A DNA stretch of 64,000 bases, taken from NCBI GenBank assembly GCA_965153285.1, contig OZ229119.1; one strand, 5' to 3'. Below are positions 1 to 10,130 of the stretch, in pieces; position 1 is the stretch's first letter; every line of letters starts with the position of its first letter. This DNA is from Podarcis tiliguerta. Its lineage: Eukaryota. Under the pieces are notes generated by a model. The model saw nothing but the letters and a program-made list of their open reading frames with translations. It was not told where the DNA came from and made no database searches. Made by a program: the position numbers and the translations under genes.

Positions 1-30
1 TAAATAGCTTTGGTCCAGATTACCCAAAGC

Positions 31-167
31 AGCAGCAGAAAACTTGCAGCTCTCCATATGTTGCGGGACTATAACAACATCATCCCTGATCACTGGCCAT
101 GGTGGCTGGGACTCATGGGAGCATGAGTCCAATGATATCTGGAGGGCTATGAGTTCCTCACAACTGA
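31..167. mobile_element. Degenerate palindromic hAT-type MITE (GGACTACAACTCCCATCA family)
   Basis: Degraded match to the hairpin element at 54441-54578 (ggactata...catccctga...ccatggtggctgggac...gagtccaa...atctggaggg); ends approximate. Confidence 0.6.
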
Positions 168-1289
168 CCTAAGGAAATGATTCTCCCCACACCCAAAAAT
201 TGTCAGGAGGGACCCAATTCCAAACATATTCTGAGACCAGAGTAATGTATGAGCAGTAGTTTCTTTTCAACAGTATTACTGCACGCTGTCCCAGTGCCGA
301 AGTCATATTCTCTTCTTCTTCTAGAAATAGGGTGAAAACCTTTCCCACTGCTACCCTTCAGATCTGTGGCAAAATAAGGCCTTTATTCAATGAGTAGGCT
401 TTAAAGCAATACTGCCAGACCCCTCCCCCCGCAACACATTTTGCCTGCTATTGCTGCTGCTATGTAATATACAACGCAAGCATTTTAGGATGATTTCTGA
501 TGCTTGGGCATGGTTGTATCAAGTTAATTGGAGTGCTTATGTTTTATTGTAAATAGCTGTGAGGACTCTCTAGAGCTACATGGCTAGGCACAACTTCCAC
601 TCCACCCCACCCCAGGAAAAAAGCAACCATATCTAACAATACACAAAATAAAGGTATGTACAGAAATGCAACATGCTTGAGACATGCAGGAAGCTCAGTT
701 TAGCGTATCTTCTAAGCCATAATCTAAGGCAAAAGAGATTAAAGAGGAAAAAAAGTGTAGGCACTGATTTTAAGAAGGGCAGCAGGTAATTTTTAAAAGG
801 ACAAGTGACAAGGTGACTTATCTGAACTACTAGCATGCCAGTTCAGTCATATTTAGCACACCAGCCTTTGCCATGGTAGTCATCATGCAACTTCTGAAAC
901 CTGAATCTCTAAACAAAGTCCATGGTGCACATTCACTGAATGCTTGGATACACTTATCCTGTCATCAAGATTTCATGTTAAAGTGTGGAAAATACTGGGG
1001 GGAAACGTATCAGCCTTGGTACAATTGTGAAACTGTTAAGACCCAGAATTTAGCAGATTAGTTTTATGCCAACATTTGCTTTTTACTGGAAGAACAGGAA
1101 GTAGTGCTTATTTATATGCTGCTTCTGTGTCAAAAGCTCCTAAGCAGTTTACAACTATAAAATCAATTATAAATTTTATACATAATTAAAATGCATAACA
1201 CAACTTGAATGGGGCATGAAAAGATTCTTAAAGTATGCAGTCAAGCAAGCCCATTAAAAAGTATAACTGAACAGTTAAAATATAGCTAA

Positions 1290-1440
1290 AAGAATACGAT
1301 TAGAAGTTCTGTTCAGGGGAATGTTTGCCTAAAGTGTTGTGGTTTTGGAACTGATGGAACACCAATACTGATGGGGCTTCTCTTATTTCAGCAGGGTGAG
1401 CATTCTACAACACTGGTGCCACAAGTAAAAAAGCCTCCCC
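1290..1440 (-). mobile_element. Degraded L2-clade LINE 3' fragment
   Basis: Resembles the minus-strand L2 3' fragments at 17205 and 52810 (gggtgagcattctacaacactggtgccacaagtaaaaaagcc). Confidence 0.4.
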
Positions 1441-1555
1441 GTTTCATTGGTAAGGAGTGAGCCTGCCCCCACTTCTCTTGCTCTGGTTCCTTTCTCAAGG
1501 GATAATTCAGTGTGAGAGCCAGAAGTTCCTGTATTCCAATGCTTCAATTTAACTA

Positions 1556-1791
1556 CAGTGGTACCTTGGTTTATGAACTTAATCCATTTCGGAAGTCCGT
1601 TCTTAAACCAAGGTGTGCTTTCCCATAGCAGCGGGGGACTCAATTTACAAATGGAACACACTCAACAGGAAGTGGAACATGTTCTGCTTCCAAGGCAAAG
1701 TTCACAAACCAAAACACCTACTTCCGGGTTTGCAGCATTCTTAATCCAAGTTGTTTATAAACTATGCTGTTCTTAAACCAAGGTACCACTG
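1556..1791. mobile_element. Tc1/mariner (Tigger/pogo-like) MITE
   Basis: Terminal inverted repeats (TIRs) CAGTGGTACCTTGGTTTA...TAAACCAAGGTACCACTG, flanked by TA on both sides. Confidence 0.85.
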
Positions 1792-2069
1792 TATGTACAT
1801 TTCTCCTTCTTGATGAGAAGAGAGAGCATTAGCTTAAGTTCACTCCAGGAAAGAAATCTGAGTACACCTTATATTTGGGGAAATTAAAGATTATACCTCA
1901 AAATTACAACAATCTCTTAGCAAATACAGTGTGACAAAACTTTAAATATTTGGTTCAAGTGCTGACTAGAAGTCATTCTACTCGGCACTTGAACCAGAAT
2001 TTGCTTATCATACAATTGTACTATGAAGCAATTATAACATAAAGCAATAAAACAACTTAATGGCTTCAT

Positions 2070-2405
2070 GCAGACCAATTCTGCAATACAAAGATTACTG
2101 CAAACGAGACATGAAGGCTGGCAACATCAAGCCTGCCATGTGGGAATCTCTTACAGATGACCGCAGTGCCTGGAGACAGACAGTCAGGTCATGTAACCAC
2201 ACCAGAGGAGGAATGACCACTGGGAGGAGTGCAAAAAAGAAAAGAAACGCCATGCTGCATCTGCAACAGCACAACTAGACACCTTCATCTGCCCCAGCTG
2301 CAACCAAACATGTCTCCTCCATATCAGTCTCTACAGCCACAGCAGCTGCAATGGAGGCACATGCCTCCATTGTCTCCCAAGACAGAAGGGTATAAACAAC
2401 AACAT
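2070..2405 (+). mobile_element. RTE-clade LINE, 5'-truncated 3' end
   Basis: Translation RPILQYKDYCKRDMKAGNIKPAMWESLTDDRSAWRQTV matches the RTE ORF C-terminus. It is followed by a zinc-finger-like remnant (FICPSCNQTC...YSHS) and a short (CAA)n tail. Confidence 0.75.
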
Positions 2406-5074
2406 AACCAATACATAAATTGGCAGACAATACCCAAACTCTGAAATACATTTTGAGGTACACAAGTATAAAGAAACAAACTCTTTACTTACATGCTTCA
2501 TTCCCTCCTGGTGGTTGGTAAAAAGAAAGGCCCAATGATACTATGGCTGCAATTTCTAATATAATTAATGTAACATCCTGTAGTGCTTCCCATACTAACT
2601 GAAGAAATGTTTTTGGCTTTTTAGGAGGTATAAAGTTCTTTCCAAACACAGTTGCTCTCCTTTCTATATCTGCTGGGTTTCCACTTAAGCCTAAATATTA
2701 AAAAGAAAAATACAATTTTAGAGCAATTTCATTATCTATACATCACTTAACAAATCCCTTTTTGCTATGTAATTCTACAAACACCTTAAGTATATGCTGC
2801 ACAGTTGTTGTTTTTTGGTATTTAGTGAATTTAACAGGACTCTTTATGTCCTATGCTTTCTAGAAGTTACAATATCAATATCAAGTGGAACTCTACTGTA
2901 GACGTTTCTAACATGGGGAAAAGATAGCTGCAGATTTCTCCTACCCACAGTGTTGCTTGACTAATAGTGGTTTTATTTGAGTTTCCCCCACAAATATATG
3001 TGCTGCAGAGTCCAAAAAAAGCAATTCCCAAGAAAGTCAAGCATTTGTTTTGGAGCACATCATTCCAGTATATGCTGAAATTCCTAGTCACTTCAGAAAC
3101 TTGAGTTCAACAAACACGAGAGTTAAGCAGAAGTCTATTTCTGTTTTCCCAATACAAAAGTAATTCTTTTTATAACCACAATGCACAACATGGCAACACC
3201 CATCTAGATGCTGAACATCAGGAGGAAGCAAAGCTACATCTCTAAGGGGTCTTTTCCTTATTACATATTACACAGAAGCCCATAGTGCAATAATAGGCAG
3301 GGCCAACACATAGGCTTCAAATACATTTTTATTTTAAGGATAGCGGAAATTGTATATCTGGCCTCAACAATTAGATCTACATGGTTCACCTTTGAACTAA
3401 TCCTTCTCATGTAGGAAAGGATCACTCAGCAAGTCATTCGGTGAGCCAGATTCTGCATTTCTGCTAATTCATTAGTTCAGTACTAGCTGGAACAAGTCCA
3501 GGTTTCTCCCTTACACATCTTATCACTTCCCATCTGTGGTATTTCTGTACTATTCAACCGGACCTCATACTCATCCACATTTTAAGATGAGTGTAGTACA
3601 TATAGAAGCAAGTTGCAGACTCACTCGGTAACCTTCACCATGACTACTGAAAGCTTCTTGGGTGTTTAAATAGCTCTTCAGTTGAAAGCTTCAGTTGACA
3701 GCCCTCTCACAAGAATTCTTATCCAACATGGATGATATTTTTAACACAATTCAGGCCAGACTCTGTATCCCTATTGAAATGAGTTTACAAGTTCCATTCT
3801 ATTATTTTCCAATGAATTATTAGAGACACAAAAAAAGGATTCTCCCCACTTTTTAATGTAGAAATCCCTGCAAGCTGGGATATCCTGTCCTACTCTTTCA
3901 TATAAAACTTAATGGAGCAATATTTATTCATCACATTGTGTCTCAAAATTCTGCTCCAAGGATTAATGAGAAAAGGAAAAAAATACAAATGCTGGAACAG
4001 CAATCACTATATTTTTTTCCTGCTACAGGAAGGAATTATTCAAGAAGGAATTATTAGCAGCAGGAAAAAGGAAACACTTCTCTTCCTTCAGGCTACTATA
4101 CCATAAAAAGCAACGGTCCATTCGATAGAGATAAAAGGGTTTAGCAAAAGATAACTAAGCATTGCAGGATGCTAGAACCTGTAAACAGATACTACCTTGC
4201 AGAGTTTGGTGCCTGTACATTTCAAGACAAAATTCTTTTCAACCAAACATTAGAGATATCTCATTGGAGGCACTCTGCTCCAAGAAAAACAACAAGCACA
4301 CCTCATAGATATGCCTGCTCATTTTCATAATTCTGTGATTTACAAGGTATCTGTTTTAACACTTTTGCATTTGTCTTGTCTTTCTGGCTGTTCTGAGTAA
4401 GTAATACAGACTACTAGCCCCAAACAAAATTCATTTAGGGAGTTTCAGATTCCACAAATTTTGAGGGGAAACAAGGCAGTCTGTGAACAATGAGTTTAAG
4501 AACGTTAAAATGTTATCCAGCATGACACACAACTGATATTTAACACAACTGTAACTAGAAGTGTTTACAGAAAAAACATTTGGATTGCTGGAAGTGCAAT
4601 ATTGCACATAAAAGGTTTCCTCCTTTTGTCTGGAAACTAGTGACTGGTGGAATTTCAAGAACAAGAACAGTGATCTTAACCTGATGGCATTGAGTGTCTT
4701 TACCCATTGAGAACTTGTTCAATGCCCAAATATAAATTGCCAATTATAAAGTCATTTCAAATCCTGCTAATTATGGAAAGGCTGAGATAGGCATTGGGCA
4801 AATTAATTGCTTTACTACATATTAAGAAGTTGGGTAGTTGTGAAACCCTTCCCACAGGCAACAAAGGTTTTGCAGAAAAGCGCCATCTCACTATCTTGAA
4901 TGGTTTGTTTAAATCTATCTTATTTTTTCCTCAAAAGAAAATGTTTAAAATGGTACATTTAAACACATACCACAAACTAAGGTTTCATTGCCTACACACA
5001 AAAGTTCCCTAGACTGAAAAAAATCAACATTGTTTTCCTCAAATTCAGTCTATGTGCCTCTTGCTCCAAGGAAA

Positions 5075-5183
5075 CCCCTTCCCCAAACCTGGTGCTCTCT
5101 GGATGTTTAAGACTACAACTCTCATTGGACCCAGTCAGCATAGCTAATGGAAGTTTTAGTCCCAACCTGGCTGGGGAAGACTG
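5075..5183. mobile_element. Degenerate palindromic hAT-type MITE
   Basis: gactacaactc...ggaagttttagtcc core, with ccttcccca/tggggaagactg ends. Confidence 0.55.
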
Positions 5184-5850
5184 CTTTAACAGCTCATTTT
5201 ACTTTGTTACCTTTACCAACACGCAGACACGCAAGATTTAAAGGATTTAATTTGAAGCGCCTATCAACAACCCGTTCTAACAACCATCCCCTTAAATGTT
5301 GAAATAGCATAAGATGTAACTTCTGAGTGGATTTTAAGTACAGCTGATTTAAGTTACAGCTGCAAGCTGCAAGGCATTTGTGCTAGGTTAACCTTAAATA
5401 TTCAAGGAAGTTGTGATATATATTTCTACAAAGTTTTTATGTACAACACCTTAAGTTGTCCAACATTTGTAACTTCACAAACTTCTTGTAAACTAATGTG
5501 TAAGATAACAGCAGGCTTTAATCAACATCTTATTAAAAACCTGGTACAATCAAAAAAGACTAACCAAAAATGAAAATGTCAAATTTTACATCAAATGTAT
5601 TATGTTCTTCTACCTCAATAACTATTGTCCCAAATTTTGTTACTATCTCTTAAGTGGTGTCCAATTGTATAAATGTACAGACAATTTAAAATATATATAT
5701 AGTAGATCCAGGCCAGGAATTTCAGTCACTGACCGGTAAAACATCTTAGGCAAACAATGAATGCATCTATACAGACCTAAATATTTTTCAATATAAATTT
5801 CCCATATAAATGAACACACATTTTGTAACTCTTTGAATTGAGATTCTTAC

Positions 5851-6055
5851 CTTCATTTGGAGAAGTTTTCAATCTTGTACAGATTCCATGTGCATCTCCA
5901 TAGCAATCTTGTATTTTATGCAAAGCATCTGCAGCACGCAATTCCATAAGATCACGAAGCTCTTCAAGTGTAATGCCAAAGTCTCCATGATTGGAATCTT
6001 TTATAGTGTATTTTACACCACTGTATGCTACCGAGTTGTTAGCCATGTCTCCCAT
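5851..6055 (-). CDS. ATP2B1: Plasma membrane calcium-transporting ATPase 1 (PMCA1), first coding exon (codons 1-68 plus 1 nt)
   Basis: MGDMANNSVAYSGVK...GDFGITLEELRDLMELRAADALHKIQDCYGDAHGICTRLKTSPNE(G) is the PMCA1 N-terminus. The exon ends at a phase-1 donor GAAG|GTAAGA (GT at 5850-5849); the track ORF residues after NEG are intronic. Confidence 0.97.
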
Positions 6056-6279
6056 GATGTATAGCGTTCAAGGAAGAAGTTATTTCCAAGGAGGAACAAT
6101 TTTTTTTATTTGAAATATTTCCAAAAGGAAAATCCTTCAGATATGAAAACCATCAAAAGTGCAGATATAAACCACCAAAAAAGATGAGAGCCATTAGATA
6201 CCCTTTCCAGGAGTGTTATCTTGAGTGCAATCCCATTGTTGGTTCCTTCATTCCAATCCAAATGAAAGGGGAATACAAT
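6056..6279 (-). other. ATP2B1: ATP2B1 exon 2, 5'UTR part (224 nt)
   Basis: Acceptor CTCCTTTCTTTTGCAG|ATTGTA (AG at 6281-6280). Length is close to the ~220-nt UTR part of mammalian exon 2, as recalled. Confidence 0.85.
6106..6251 (-). promoter_or_regulatory. Three short upstream ORFs (uORFs) in the ATP2B1 5'UTR
   Basis: 6251-6216 MKEPTMGLHSR*; 6194-6153 MALIFFGGLYLHF*; 6153-6106 MVFISEGFSFWKYFK*. Confidence 0.65.
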
Positions 6280-6329
6280 CTGCAAAAGAAAGGAGATCAT
6301 AGCAACAAGATTCAACATTGCTCACAGAA

Positions 6330-7145
6330 GCATCACAGCCTTTTACTGTCTGCTATGCATCTGGCTAAGCAGCACTATGACACCTCTGATACACAGTGCC
6401 TCTTCTCTACCTCTGATGTTCTGCCAAGGCCTACCCCATCATTTACCCATCCACTCCTTGTTCTCTTACCAAAACTTTGCCTCCTTGAGGCTTCAATACT
6501 AAACTAGCTTTCCAATCCACCTTCCTGCCCCCTACCAGTTGCCCATCTTCCTACTACTCTTCCCTCTACCCACTATTTTGACTATAGTCAGCTAAATCCC
6601 TTACCATTATCATTCCTCTTGTCCACATAATCATCCTCTTTGCCCTCTGGCTCTTTCCCTCCTGCATTCATTCTCCCTTATAAAAACACTCCTTAGTCCA
6701 TCTTTCCTCTCCACATCACCCCAGTTCCCTTTTTCCTTTGCCTCCATAACTTCTAGAATGTGCTTGCCTGTTTACTCTTAACTTTTTGACTTCCCTTCCA
6801 AGTCTACTCTTGACCTCCCCCCCCCACCCAAATCTGGTTTTCACTCTTTGCATGCCACTGAAATTGTTCTTTTGCTCTTTAAAGCAAAATCTTCAGTCCT
6901 CATTTTTCTTTATCTCTCTTGCATTTGATCAGTTGGTCACACACTCTCTCTTTATTCTCTTTAAGCCATAGGTTTCTGCTATGTTGCCTTTGCTGGTTCT
7001 CCTCTTACATACTGCTTTATTGCTTACCCTGCCTCTCTTCCTGTTTCCACTGTGCCAAAATTTTAAATTGTAAATGCCTCTCGATCTGTCCTCTCAATCA
7101 TCAGAATGTACCAAGCATACCAATGGTGTTATATAAATAATAATT
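6330..7145 (+). mobile_element. Ancient L2 LINE remnant
   Basis: Pyrimidine-rich, with degenerate RT motifs (SGFHSLHATEIVL; SLAFDQL..H, resembling LSAAFDTVDH) and an L2-like end (...atggtgttatataaataataa). Confidence 0.55.
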
Positions 7146-7489
7146 CAATGAGTTAACAAATGCAGCACTAAGGTGGTGAAATGAAATGCTCAAGTTTCTT
7201 AGTAGTAAGATAATTGAATAAAGGATGCTTTAAGACTCAAATTAATATACCCTTTAAATCTTTTAGTCTCACCATTCACCAACATGCAGTTTAATTTTCT
7301 TGGTATCAACTTGAATAACTTTACATTAAATTGAAAATATTAATTAAAGGTACTCAATGGGGACAACATGGAGATACTTTTAAACTGAGATTTTGCAGAT
7401 CCAAAGCACACTCACTCAGCTTACTCAGTTGTACCCATATCCTGAGCTTCTGGCTATAAGCTGAAGTCAGGACTGAGCTTCTTTTATGA

Positions 7490-7721
7490 CAGGGGTATGA
7501 AGCGGTCCGCAGAGGTCGTTTGACCGGCCCACGAGCAACCCCAAATTGAGCTATCGGTGCAGAGCAGAGCGGGGACTCACTTTCGCAGTGCCGGAAATCG
7601 CGTCTGCGCAGATGCCGAAAATCACAGGGGTGCACACTCATGCGCGCACGCGATCCAACCCACGAAGGGAATCTCCACGGAACTGATCTGGCCCAGGCAA
7701 GATGAACCTTGTTGACCCCTG
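7490..7721. mobile_element. hAT MITE (CAGGGGT TIR family), internally deleted
   Basis: CAGGGGT...ACCCCTG ends with imperfect 8-bp TSD ttttatga/ctttatgg. Reverse-complement similar to 57397-57721. Confidence 0.75.
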
Positions 7722-8246
7722 CTTTATGGACATGCTCTAGCTACCATAAGCCACCATGCTATGTAAATAACTAACTTACAGGCCATGTTAACCAAAGCAA
7801 GGCAGTCTTCAAGCTATTTTACCTCCGAACAACATATCTGATATAATCAGTCTTAAAATTAATTCCAGAAACCTTCCTCCCAGCAGAAATGCAAAAGGAT
7901 TCAAATGTTTTAACATTTTCAACTTGCCATATACTAAGAAGAGACACCACTCACAACATCAATCTCTCTCAGCAATCAACAGATACCACCTTATCAAGAG
8001 TTCCATTGTGCATGATGCTGGAATCAGGTCCTCAGAGTCGCAACATCGACCCTTTGTGACTCCTTCCAAATATAATTCATCCAAGTGTCATCTCTATTGT
8101 CTTTTCAGCACCTGCTGAAGACTTTCCTTTTTCAACAAACCTTCTAAGTGGAGATTGTAATACCAGCTGGTATCTCTATTGGATTTGAAATTGATTTTAT
8201 ATATTAAATGCTGCTGCTGTTGTTTTTAAGTTGATTTGTATGTGCT

Positions 8247-8555
8247 TAAAGGTAAAGGTAAAGGGACCCCTGACCATTAGGTCCAGTCGTGGCTGACTCT
8301 GGGGTTGCGGCACTCATCTCACTTTATTGGCTGAGGGAGCCAGCGTACAGCTTCCGGGTCATGTGGCCAGCATGACTAAGCCCCTTCTGGCAAACCAGAG
8401 CAGCGCACGGAAACACCGTTTACTTTGACATGCTTTCGAACTGCTAGGTTGGCAGGAGCAACGGGAGCTCACCCCATCGCGGGGATTCGAACCGCCGACC
8501 TTCTAATTGGCAAGTCCTAGGCTCGTGGTTTAACCCACAGCATCACCCGCGTCCC
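8247..8555 (-). mobile_element. Sauria SINE
   Basis: (TAAAGG)n tail and tRNA-like head ending ...cacccgcgtccc; imperfect TSD ttgtatgtgc/ttatatgtgc; near-identical to the 23377 copy apart from internal deletions. Confidence 0.9.
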
Positions 8556-9160
8556 TTATATGTGCCTTATATGTGCATTTGTGGACCAGGTGGTAACACA
8601 GTAGCTACTTTTTTGAGCTTTGTAAGGATGCTGTATGGAACACTCATGTGGGCCCACTCACACATTGCAGTGCAACGTAAGTTCTTATCCAAAATATTAG
8701 GGGTACCTAGATCTATTCTAAGCACCTAGACAATTCTAAGGAAATTGCCTGATTAAAGATGGCTTTTCATTCAGTGCGAATGCTTACCCAGAAAGTGGCC
8801 AGCACCTGTTGGCTTAAGACAGTCTTTTGGCTTCACTTTTGGTTTTATTGGTATCTGAGGATTTGAGGAGGGATTCCTGGGAAGCTATGATGTATGCACT
8901 TTTTACTATTTGGGCTTTTCATTAGTCCACTTGATTATGATGGGCTGCAACTGTGCTCAGTTCTCCAGATGACTTGACTGATGTCAATTTTCAGACCACT
9001 ATGGAACTGACTGCTGGGTGCTGCTCCAATACAATATATAAAGATTTTGTCACTCTTCCTGGGAAAGTGCCCCTTTGCTCACATGAGCTAAGATGGCTCC
9101 TGATTAATCCTTACAGCTGATGATGGTGAAAGGAACTATGGGACTCAGTATTGTGTGGCT

Positions 9161-9238
9161 AGGAATTGCCCAGCTGGATGCCCCAAAGTAGTGGACTTGG
9201 CACACTTTTTAACAGAATGCCCTTTGTATTCAGATTTA
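9161..9238 (+). mobile_element. Non-LTR retroelement ORF2 C-terminal CCHC zinc-knuckle remnant
   Basis: In-frame RNCPAGCPKVVDLAHFLTECPLYSDL = CX3CX7HX4C. Confidence 0.45.
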
Positions 9239-9689
9239 ACTATTTGATATCTCAAGCCCTTAAATGTAGGGATGAATAACATTTCTCTCTAAGTATAACT
9301 CCATTACTATTGGCCACTAGAGATCACAACAAGTCATACAAGGGCAGCCAAATGTGTCAGATTGGCTCATGAATACATTGAAAGCAACTTTGATCACCCA
9401 GCAATGGCTATCAAGTTATATAACCAGTCATCAATACCCCTTTACTGGCAGCGCTCGCAAAAGATTCTGGGGATCGAAAGCAACATTGGGACAGCCTGAT
9501 AGCATCGATATAACTGGAGGCATCTAACAATTTTTCAAGAAATTACAAAAATATGCAGAGTGTATGATCAAAAGGACAAAAGTATGCAAAACAATAAAAA
9601 AAGCTCTACATACGCATCAAGAAAGCTGATTTTTTTTACTACCCAGGAAAAGATTTTGAAAGGTTCACTGAAAACATCAAGTTAATGTG

Positions 9690-10130
9690 CTGCAGTGGAG
9701 AAAGAAGTAAATCCAGTTTGGGGAATGATTAGGAAAGCAATTAAAATGCCAGATAATATCATAATGCCATTAGATGAGTGCTGTCCAGCCACATTAAGAA
9801 TACTGTGTACAATTCTTGTTCTATGAACCATAAAAAGGAACATATAAAATTATCAATGAATTACAGTAACTTTACACTGAACAATGGTTGAAGAGGATGC
9901 TATGGTTTAGTTTGAAGAAGAGACACCTAAAGGGAAAAGGCTTATAAGGTTACAGAAGTAGTAGGGCCACTAAATAAAATTAACTGGCAGTAGGCTCAGG
10001 ACAGGACAACAATAATTGCAGAACTTACGGAGTTAAAAAAAATATTGTTATTATTGTTATTTCAAAAATGGTAAGACGTATTCATGGAGGTTTAGCAACG
10101 ACCATTAGCTATGGTAGCTAAAAATACAGT
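9690..10130 (+). mobile_element. Degraded CR1 LINE 3' ORF2 fragment
   Basis: CR1-like text (ggaatgattaggaaagc...aatatcataatgcc...gaatactgtgtacaattct...tttagtttgaagaagagac...gggccactaaataaaattaactggcagtagg). Confidence 0.6.

Noticed and set aside
5777-5850. C-terminal extension of the 92-aa ORF (KNLNSKSYKM...)
   Set aside because: It lies past the GT donor at 5850; this is intron read-through, not PMCA1 sequence.
1-5850. ATP2B1 exon 3 (expected LSGNP...[24 protein letters not shown])
   Set aside because: No such peptide in the ORF track; the exon presumably lies beyond the left edge.
6184-6507. 107-aa antisense ORF overlapping exon 2
   Set aside because: No recognisable domain; it runs into an L2 remnant and is consistent with chance.
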